From positions 62,001 to 126,000 of the forward strand of contig JAANOX010000146.1 in assembly GCA_020184695.1 (NCBI GenBank): a stretch of 64,000 bases of DNA, given 5' to 3'. The first letter of the stretch is position 1, and each line of letters starts with the position of its first letter. Source of the DNA: Histomonas meleagridis 2922-C6/04-290x. Taxonomy: Eukaryota; Protista; Parabasalia. The notes under the pieces are model-generated. The model searched no databases. It saw only the letters and a program-made list of their open reading frames with translations, and was not told the origin of the DNA. This document shows, piece by piece, positions 20,839 to 30,200 of the stretch. The translations under genes were made by a program, and so were the position numbers.

Positions 20839-22881
20839 ATGGAATCTTTTGATTTCAACCAGTACAAACTAGAAAGGAACCTTGATATCAAAAACACAAC
20901 TTTTTTATATAAAAATGTAACAGATTCAAAATCAATCGTACTCAAAAAATATTCTAATGGAGATATTGAAGATGCAAAAGAAATGATGGACATTAACCAT
21001 CCCTCTATTAGCAAAATATTATCTGTTTTACCATCAAAAGATAATCATTCTTTTGAATTAACAACATATTATTATCCAAATGGTTCATTAGAAACCCTCA
21101 TTAATCGAATTGAAAACAAAGACACACCAAGTTGGTATGATCCTACAATTATTTCCAAGATCATTTTAGGTACAATTGTTGGACTAGAAGAACTTCATTC
21201 ACAAGGATTTACACATGGCAACCTTAAGCCAAGTAATATTTTAATTGATTCAAATTATAATCCACAACTTACTGATATTTCCTTCAATTCAATCACTGCA
21301 AATTCTCAATATTGTGCACCTGAAATATTTTCAAAAACAAATAATTATGATAAATCTATTGATGTTTATTCATTTGGGATGATATTATGTTTTATATATG
21401 TACAAGAATCGCCATTTGATGAATCTTTACCATTAAATGATCTTGGTGATTTTGTAATTGATGGTGAACGTCCAGTTTTACCGGATACGATTCCAAAGAA
21501 TATTCAAGATATAATTGAAAAATGTTGGTCAACATCACAAAAAGATAGACCAACTATTAAATACTTGGCAAATATTTTCACAACTGATGAATATCTTTAT
21601 CCTGGAACAAAGAAAAATCTTTTTAACTTTTATAAAGATAATATATTACATTTTAATCCAAAGGATTTTGTTATAGAAGAAAAGAAAACTAAAGAAATAC
21701 AAGAAGATGATAAATATAATGAAGTGGAACCCTATGAAATATATGAAGAGATTGATAAAATACTTGAAAATAATAAAGGAATGAAAAAATTATCCGGTTT
21801 ATATGATGATATATTTTCATTAAGCTCAAATTCAATAGATGATTCAATAGACGAATTAACTAAAATTTATGATGAAAACAATAGTCATTTATTTGATGTA
21901 TTAATTTGTAGATTATTATTTTTTTCATATATCTCACAAAAGAATGATGCCGATACAGTGATCGAATTCCTCCAGAAAATTTCAGAACATTATCCAAAAG
22001 TGATCGAATTATTTATTCAATATATGAATAATGTTCTTGAATATACTCAAGAATCAAGATTTCTTTTATTAAAAATGGTTGAGCATGGTTTAATAAAATT
22101 CGAATATGTAGCACATGCAAATGAATCCTTTTATTTTTTGCATTATTTAAATGAAAGTATTTCAAGATCATTATATTATTCAACAAAAAATTTCGAAATT
22201 TCTTATGAAGATCTTAGAAAAAATAATTGGGAACTTCATAAGAAATTTATTTCTGAAGGGATCAATCAGGACCAACTCCCAAAAATTTTGCGTAATGATA
22301 ATATTGAAGAATTTCAACAAATTTCTTCATCACCATATTTTGATTTTAATCAAATAATTCATGCTTCACCATATGAACAACATACATATATTAATTGTGA
22401 TGTTAATCTCCTTGGGTATTGTGCATTTTTTGGATCATTGAACTGTTTTAAATTTTTGTTGTTAAATAATACATATAAACAAAGTGTTGATTTATATGCT
22501 GTAGCTGGAGGTAATATTGAGATCATTTATTTATGTGAAAAAAATGATATTTATTTCTCTCCAAAAGCTTTAGAAGCTGCAATTGAATATCATCACAATG
22601 ATATTTTTATATATTTAATTGAGGCTAACAAGATGTATTATCATACAGAAAAAATAAATGAGTTTTTATATCAGTGCATTACATATCATAACTTCGATTT
22701 ATTTATATATATAATAAAATTCCAAACTAGAATTGTCTCTTCAAATGTTTTAGTTAATGCCGTGAGAAAAGGTAATATTTATATAATTGGTTTTTTACTT
22801 GATTTAGAAAAAAGCAAAATTATTCCAAAAATTAAGAAAAATAATTTGTTTAATATTAATGCGTTTGTTTTTATTATTTGA
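20839..22881 (+). CDS. Pseudokinase (TKL-like) fused to a DUF3447/ankyrin domain (locus B)
   Basis: Kinase motifs HGNLKPSNIL, YCAPE, DVYSFG and CWSTSQKDRP, with HRD changed to HGN and DFG to DIS. Followed by NNWELHKKFISEGIN..GYCAFFGSLNCFKFLL..AVAGGNIEII. Confidence 0.85.
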   Translation: MESFDFNQYKLERNLDIKNTTFLYKNVTDSKSIVLKKYSNGDIEDAKEMMDINHPSISKILSVLPSKDNHSFELTTYYYPNGSLETLINRIENKDTPSWYDPTIISKIILGTIVGLEELHSQGFTHGNLKPSNILIDSNYNPQLTDISFNSITANSQYCAPEIFSKTNNYDKSIDVYSFGMILCFIYVQESPFDESLPLNDLGDFVIDGERPVLPDTIPKNIQDIIEKCWSTSQKDRPTIKYLANIFTTDEYLYPGTKKNLFNFYKDNILHFNPKDFVIEEKKTKEIQEDDKYNEVEPYEIYEEIDKILENNKGMKKLSGLYDDIFSLSSNSIDDSIDELTKIYDENNSHLFDVLICRLLFFSYISQKNDADTVIEFLQKISEHYPKVIELFIQYMNNVLEYTQESRFLLLKMVEHGLIKFEYVAHANESFYFLHYLNESISRSLYYSTKNFEISYEDLRKNNWELHKKFISEGINQDQLPKILRNDNIEEFQQISSSPYFDFNQIIHASPYEQHTYINCDVNLLGYCAFFGSLNCFKFLLLNNTYKQSVDLYAVAGGNIEIIYLCEKNDIYFSPKALEAAIEYHHNDIFIYLIEANKMYYHTEKINEFLYQCITYHNFDLFIYIIKFQTRIVSSNVLVNAVRKGNIYIIGFLLDLEKSKIIPKIKKNNLFNINAFVFII

Positions 22882-24632
22882 TTCTTTGGCAATCGCTTGC
22901 AATAAGGGTTATATTGATATTGTTAAACTTTTATTAGAATTTTATAATAGTGGTATAAATGAAGTAGTTTAATTTTTATATTTTGCGTTTTTTTATAATT
23001 TCATAAAAATAATATTTAATTCTTAATTTTAAAACACCTATTTGTTATGCATTAAAACGTAATCAAATTGATATTGCTTTGGTTCTTATTAATCATTCTA
23101 ATTTCAAACCAATTGGTATGATAAAGTAAGTTTTTGTATATTTAGGAATTAATTTTTAATATTTTTAAATATCTTTGAATATAGTATAATACAGAATCAA
23201 ACAAAGGTTACAATTGCTTTAAAAAATCGTTTTAAATTTGATCTTAACAAAATAATAACAAAATTTCTTTTTTTAATTTGGACAATTTAACAATTTTATA
23301 TGTCGCTTGTAAAAATAATGAAATAAAAGCTGTAGAATCGATTCTTAAAGAAAAAAATATTTATGTAAATGAGTTTTCTATTTGTTAAATATTTCTAATG
23401 TTTTCGAAAAATTTTTGATATTTCAAATATATATTTGAAACACCTTTAACTGTAGCTTGTACAAATGGTTTTATTGAAATCGTTAAACTTCTTTGCGCAT
23501 ATCCAAGCATTAATGTAAATGTATACAAATGTATTTTCATTTAATTTTAATTTCTTTTTGATATAAAAATCACCACTTTATATTGCATGTGAAAAAGGTT
23601 TTACTGAAATTGTAAAAATTCTTCTTCAAAATAAAAATGTTGATGTTAATACTAAAGTTGAACCAAAGATCGTTTTTTAGTTTTATTTAAAGAAAAAATT
23701 AATTTGGTTTAATTGATTATCCTCTTCATATTGCTTGTGAAAAAGGATATCCAGAAATTGTTGAATTACTTTTAACTAATAAAAACATTGAACTTAATAT
23801 AACTAATATTTATTTAATCAATTTCATGTTAATTTTATGGTTTTAAAATTGTTTTTTGTTTTGTTTTAGAGTTATTTTTAATTAATTAAAGTTTATATTA
23901 TTGATTTTATATTTATTTTTCTCTTATTGAAGGTTAATTTTTTTGATTTAAAGTTTATTCTTTTTTATTGTACAAGTTTTTTTATATTAATAATATGTTT
24001 AATTATTTTATTTGAAATTTCATTCTTTTTTTCTATATTTGTTTTCATGTTTTAATGTTATTTTTCGATTTTTAAAACTCCATTATTTATTGCATGTGAA
24101 AAAGGATTTGTTGATATTGTGAAACTTTTAACAATTTCTCCTAAAATTGATATTAATTGTGAGTCATTATTTCTTTTTAATATTTAAGCATTGTTTATAC
24201 GATTTTTTTGTTATTTGTTTACATATATTTGATGTTATTTTTGTTGTATTTGATGTTTCTTTTTATATTTTTGTGTTCATTTATAACTTTTATGTCAAAT
24301 AATGTTTTTTATTTTTGTTTCCAGTTTTTTTGTTTGTTATGAAGTTTCTTTTTGTTTTTGCAGGTTTGTTCTAATGATTTTATATTTATTTATTTGTTTT
24401 ATGACACCTTTATATATTGCATGTAAAAATGAGTTTGTTGATATTGTAAAAATACTTTTGGAAAATAAAGAAATTGAAATTTTAGGATTTGAAGTTTATT
24501 GATTTTTATTAATGTTTTTTCCTTATTTATTCACCATTAAATGCTGCACGTAAAACTAAGAATAGTGAAATTATTAACTTGTTAAATAATTTCCTGAGGG
24601 AAAATCCAAGTAAAAATAGTGTTAAGCAATAA
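22880..24632 (+). repeat. Array of about 10 ankyrin-repeat cores separated by T-rich, stop-containing spacers (3' part of locus B)
   Basis: Cores begin at about 22880 (DSLAIACNKG), 23028 (FKTPICYAL), 23174 (divergent), 23281 (DNLTILYVAC), 23434 (FETPLTVAC), 23567 (KSPLYIAC), 23715 (DYPLHIAC), 24071 (FKTPLFIAC), 24398 (FMTPLYIAC) and 24528 (YSPLNAAR). Confidence 0.88.
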
Positions 24633-24639
24633 AACTCAT

Positions 24640-25840
24640 ATAATATTTCATTATAAATTATTTTTTCATCTATCTATGCTTATTTCTGTGAATGATTTGT
24701 TACGTTTATATATATTTTAATACTTGTTAAGTTATAACATCTATAAAATGAATTTGTTGATATACTTTTAATATTCGAAAATATAATCTCTTTTAATTGA
24801 CTATTTTCAAATGAGTTTGCTTCAATTTTTGTAACAGTTTTTGGAAATTCAAATCGTTCATCTTTTTTACCTTGTGGATAATGAAATAATGTTTCAATGC
24901 TCTTATCATAAACTATTCCATCATTTTTGTAATTGGAATATTTTGGGTTTTTCATTGATATATTTATATCTTGTAAATTTTTAAAAATTTCTCAAATGGA
25001 TTTTTTCCAATTAATGTAACTGATTCAGGTATATAAATACTTCTTAATGAAATACATTCATAAAATAAATAATTTTCAATTTTAGTTAAAGAATTCGAAA
25101 GTTTTATGTTCTTTATTGAAGTACACATATAAAATGTCCATTCTTTTATTGTGGTATTATAATCTCTCCTAATGAAGTACACCAATGAAATGCGTATCTT
25201 TCAATTGTAGTAACAGAATTTGGAATTATAATTCTCGTTAATGACGTGCAATATTCAAATGAATATCCCGCAATTTTTATGATCGATATAGAAATTGTAA
25301 TGTTTATTAGTAAAGTACAATAACAAAATATACTTTGGCCAATGTAATTGACTGTATTTGGCATGGTGATGTCTTTCAATGATTTGCAATAATAAAATGC
25401 ATAGTTGTCAATAGACTGAACACCTTTTTCAAAATTAATAGAAGATAATTGTTTACAATAAGCAAATGAATTTTCTCCAATAGTAGTGACTGAACTTGGA
25501 ATAGTGATATTTTCCAAAGAAGTACAGTAAAAAAATGATGTGCTTACACTCGTGCCTATTTTAACAGTAGGTAATTGCTGACAATAATAAAACGAACCGT
25601 TCCCAATGTACAAATCAAATTTTTGCCAATTTGCACACAGAAACTAATGATTCCCGGCTAGAAAAAGATTCACGTGGTATCTCATCAATTTCATCACCAA
25701 TTGCAAGATTTTTTGTTTGATCTTTAAATGTTTTTGAAAATTCGTTTTTATTTTTGTAATAGTTAATGTTTTTGTTACATCATCAAATACTTGGAGTGAG
25801 TGTGTAAAAAGTATTTGGAAAATTGAGAATAATATGAAAA
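24640..25840 (-). pseudogene. BspA-like (TpLRR) leucine-rich repeat surface protein, fragmented
   Basis: TpLRR repeats (CTSLENITIPSSVTTIGENSFAYC) spread over ORFs 25146-25613, 24964-25185 and 24680-24955. The N-terminal VFDDVTKTLTI resembles the BspA gene at 32.6 kb. Multiple frameshifts and no TM tail. Confidence 0.85.
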
Positions 25841-25975
25841 AGCTCGTTTCTTATTGTGGAACCTGATTAATCAGTTAAGTAGCTACTTTATGACCCAAAT
25901 GACTTGTCTTAAACGTGCTCCGCATTTTTTATGTTTCTTTTATATCTTATACCAAATACTTAAAAATTAACAGCG

Positions 25976-26057
25976 CCGCTCTTAGCTCAGTGGTAGAGCA
26001 TTTGACTGTAGAAAAGTAGTCATCAAAGGGCCGCCGGTTCGATTCCAGCAGCGCGGA
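25976..26057 (+). tRNA. tRNA-Tyr (GTA) with a 10-nt intron at position 37/38 (26012-26021)
   Basis: CCGCTCT-TA-GCTC..GAGC-A-TTTGA-CTGTAG-[AAAAGTAGTC]-A-TCAAA..GTTCGATTC..AGCGCGG-A. One mismatch each in the acceptor and T stems. Confidence 0.85.
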
Positions 26058-26072
26058 TTTTTTTATTTTTTT

Positions 26073-26258
26073 TCACCTGAGCAACTTAGAGAGGGGAAAA
26101 GCGCACCACTGGAAAGAGCTACCGGAGGTGAGCACTAACATATAAGTTCCGACGATTATCGGAGGATCTCGGAGCATATCAGATTATCTCTCCGAGAAAT
26201 GCCCAAAATTTAAAACAGAGTACACCACAAAACTCAAGTCTCGGAGCGGAGCACATTA
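26073..26258 (+). ncRNA. Candidate structured RNA with H/ACA-like architecture
   Basis: GC-enriched island. TCACCT(26073)/AGGTGA(26126) stem, ANANNA box ATATAA (26140-26145), GTTCCG(26146)/CGGAGC(26247) stem, ACA at 26253-26255 plus 3 nt, then a T6 run at 26263. Confidence 0.4.
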
Positions 26259-26462
26259 ATACTTTTTTGGAGGAGAAAGAACATTTTTTTATTTTTGTCT
26301 CTTTTTTGTGCTTAAGTTTAAATAATTTAATAAAACGATATCAGAACACTTTAAAAACATTTAAAGTATTAAATTACACCCGAAACTTTTTTATAATCTT
26401 ATAATTAACACTATAAAAAAACATATAGCTTAAAGGTTTCATTTAATAATCTTTTTTCTGTT

Positions 26463-27218
26463 TTAGTGATTATTGTTATTGCCATTATTTGGATTAGCGA
26501 ATAATTGACTAAATGTATTTGTGACTTGTTGAAAAAGAGGTCCCAAGTCCAAGTTAAAAACATTTGGAGGAGGAGGAGGAACGCCGGTGTTTGTTGTGGT
26601 CGATGATGTTGTGGATGAAGATGTAGTTGTTGTTGTTGTTTGCTGAGTCATTACATTCATTTGAGCAAGAATTCTTGAGATTTCTTGCTGTGATGAAATG
26701 TATTCTTGGCTAAATCTATTCATCAAATTTCGAGCCATTTCAGTATTATTATCTAAAATGGCATTTTGTAAATCTGAAGTAGTTACTTGTAGGTTTGCAA
26801 GAACTAGCTGTATTTTGTTGATGGAACTAAGTGATTGTTGAGTTATCGTAAATTGTGGATTGGATTGTGTAACTGTAGTAAAAACAGTTCTTGTAGGAGG
26901 TGGAACTTGTTGGCGTGGAGGTGGTGGAGGAGGTGGGACATCATCATGTTGTGTATTTGAACTATTTGAATTGTTCGAATCTGATCTATTTGGACGTGGC
27001 GGAATTATTTGAATTGTTTGATCATCTTGAATTTTATAGTCACTTATCATTGTACCAGACTTAAGAACTTTTCCACAAAAAATAATTCTCATTCCGTTAT
27101 TTTGGATGTTAACTTTTTTACAAACCATTTCTCTAAATTCATCAACACTAGTGTTATCTGGGATTTCCATTTCATGGACTTCATCACTTCCCATTATCTT
27201 TAAGTTTACTTTTACCAT
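26463..27218 (-). CDS. Ubiquitin-like (UBL) domain protein with Pro/Gln/Thr-rich tail (BAG6-like layout)
   Basis: N-terminal UBL (MRIIFCGKVLKSGTMISDYKIQDDQTIQII) followed by poly-Pro and poly-Thr tracts. Confidence 0.85.
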   Translation of the reverse strand: MVKVNLKIMGSDEVHEMEIPDNTSVDEFREMVCKKVNIQNNGMRIIFCGKVLKSGTMISDYKIQDDQTIQIIPPRPNRSDSNNSNSSNTQHDDVPPPPPPPRQQVPPPTRTVFTTVTQSNPQFTITQQSLSSINKIQLVLANLQVTTSDLQNAILDNNTEMARNLMNRFSQEYISSQQEISRILAQMNVMTQQTTTTTTSSSTTSSTTTNTGVPPPPPNVFNLDLGPLFQQVTNTFSQLFANPNNGNNNNH

Positions 27219-27285
27219 TTTTAAATTTTAAAAAGGCCAATTTAAACAACGCCCGTTTATTATATATTAAAACCACCGACAACCG

Positions 27286-30200
27286 TCAATTTACACTCAA
27301 TTTCAGCAAATTTCGATCTTCTTTCGAAAGAGTTGATACCAAGAATTCCTTATCATAAACTTGTCCAGATGACAACCGAATTAATTCTGATCTCACTCTA
27401 TTACATAAATTAATTTTACTTTTCATTTCGTCTACTTTTTCTTGTAATTTAAGGATTTCGTCTTGGTAATGTAATTGTGAATCTTCTGATTTATGCATTA
27501 TACTTAATTTTTCTTGCCTTTGTTCTTTTATTTTATTGTTTAATTCCACTGCTCTTGACTCTAAGACAGATATCTTTTCTTCTTGTCCTTTCTGTATTTT
27601 TTTAAATACGTTTGCATAATGTCTCATTATTTGGTCTTTTTTCTTTTCGAAATTACAATTCGAAAGGAAATCGTTAGCTTGATTTAATGTACCACCTTCG
27701 AATCCTTGGAATTTTGCATTTGCCATGAAGGTATCATATTCATCCATTATGTTTCTAGCATTAGAAATAAAATCAAGACATTTTTTAATGTTAGTTTCAG
27801 TTAGTTTTGTGTTACTTGTAACTTTAACAGTTGAAAGAAGTTTGGATATTAATGTACTTTCATTTTTCTCAAGTTTTAGAAGTTTTTTAATATATTGAAT
27901 CAGCGAATCTTCATTTTCAACTTTAAGAATTTTTATTAATTTATCGATAATTTTTTGTTTTGATTCTTTATCGTTTTTAAGTGATTTAATATTATCATAT
28001 AATGTAATTCCTTTATTATCATCAATGTTTAAAAGTTGATTTAGTTTTCTAATAAGTGATGATTGAGAAAGTAAATGATTTTTAAGGTTTGTTGGTAATT
28101 CTTGTAAATTATTAAACTTAAAGAATGATCTAAATTGTTGTTCAAGTTGTTGAAGAATAAATATTTTATTTTTTAATTCTGAATCAAGTGTTTTAATTTT
28201 GTTTTGCATTTGCAAAATCGATTCTTTTAGAGTAGAAGAAATATTAGAATTTGTTGAAAAGTTTCCTAAACTAAAGATAATTGATTTTATTTCATTTAAT
28301 TCTTTTGAAAGATTTTTGTTTTGTCCATTTAATTGTTTATTTTTGTTTTGGAGTTCTTGAATCGCACGATTTATATTTTTATTCTCTTCAATCATTTTTA
28401 ACCTTTCTCTATTTAAAGATTCGTTTATAGTTGCAATACTTGTGTTTATTGATTTTAATTCTTCGTTTTTAGTACTTAAATTATTATTATTTTCTAAAAT
28501 TATCGAGTTTTCATTAAAAAGTTTTGAATTCTTTTTATTAAGTTTATCTACTTCAGTGTAAAGTTGTTCAATTTGTTTATTAAGTTTTTTGTTCTTATTT
28601 TTGGCTTGATTTAATCTTTCAATACTTTGATTAAATTCATCAACTTTTTCTTCTGCATCACTTTTATTATCAAAATCGAAACTTATATTTAACTTTTCTT
28701 CGAAAATTGAATTTATATTTTCATATTTTGATAATTTTTCTTGATATTGTTTATTAGTATTTTGAAGTTTACTTATTGATTTAATAATTGATAAACAATC
28801 AGGACCTAATTTATAATTGCTTAAACTTGAAACGTTTTCTTCGTTTTCTAATAAAATCCTTAAATTTCTATTAAATTTAATAAAATCTGCAATGAGATTA
28901 GGAATATCTTGTAAATCATTAAATTTGATTTCACTATTCATTTCATTTGATAAATTGTGCTTATAATCACTTAAAAATTGTATAATTGTTTTCTCTTTGT
29001 TTTCATATGGAATTTTTAATCCAAATAAATTGTAAATATCATTAAGACATTTTTCATAACCTGAAATTTTTTGATCTTTTTTATAATTAACCTTTTTAAT
29101 ATTATCAATATATGAATCTTCATCATTAAATTGATATTCATTTTCATTTGAAAATTCTTTTTTAATAATATTAAACATTGAAACATAATTTTCATTTTGC
29201 TTTTTAAGTTTATCTATTTGATCTAAAACATTTTCATTACCAAATTCAGTTTGCATTTTTTGGATATAACAATTTTCATCTTTTGATTTTTGTTTTATTT
29301 TATGAAATTGCTTGTTCAAAATTTGAGATTCCTTTTTAATGTTTTGTACACTACCTAATAAATCATCATTTGGAGTAATATCCAAAATTTTATATATTTT
29401 TCTTTTCAATAATTCATTTTCTTTATAATATTTATCTTTATTCATAAGTAAATCATTAATAATTGTAACAATATTATTCACATCAACTTTTTCTATATTA
29501 GTATAAATAGTTATAATGCTTTGAAGTCTTGAAATGAAATTAAAATATTTTTGTTTTATTTTGGTTAATTCTTTATCTTTTTTATTTCCTTCAATTATAT
29601 AATCTGATAAAACATTACTAAATTCTTTAATTGAATTAAAGATAAAATATTTCTTAAATTTATCCAGGAAATTATTTTGTTCATTTTCAATTTCTTTAAT
29701 TCTTTTATTTGAATTCATATTTTTAGCTTTTTCTAAATTTAATTGTTTTAACATATTCTTAAATGCTTCTGTTATACTCGAATTATTATCGAAATATTTA
29801 GGATATTTATTTTTAAGTTCATTAATTTCATATGTCATAAAGTTCATTTTTTGTTGTCTTTTTCTTAATTCAGTTAAAATGTTCGAATCTGATGTCAGAT
29901 GGAAAATTTGACTTATTTCATTTTGGAAAGTATTATATTTAGAATTAATTTGCTTATTTTCTAAATCGTCTTGTAAATGATTTCTTTCCTGAGCAATATT
30001 TGTTAATTCGATAATTTTTTGCTTAGATTTATTTAAATCTAAATTTAATTGTTTGATTTGTGAATCTTTTTGTTTTATTTCATCTTCTAAAAGTTCAACA
30101 TTTTCAAGTGAATTCGATAATGAAGCAATTTGACTTTCCAAATGTAATTTAAGATCATCAATTTCATATTCCTTTTGTAAACTTTCTTCTTTTTCTTTTT

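Noticed and set aside
23126-23145. GTAAGT...TTTAG 20-nt canonical-looking intron in the ankyrin array
   Set aside because: Removing it gives AAG-AAT-TAA, an immediate stop, so it does not restore the frame. It has no branch motif and no equivalent in the other spacers.
22880-24632. CRISPR-like repeat-spacer array
   Set aside because: The repeats are divergent protein-coding ankyrin units of about 100 nt, spacer lengths vary more than tenfold, there are no cas genes, and the context is eukaryotic.
26073-26268. Identification as U6, RNase P/MRP, SRP or telomerase RNA
   Set aside because: Only isolated short matches (ACAGAG, CTAAC, GGAAAG) without the required neighbouring motifs or template; left as an unassigned candidate.
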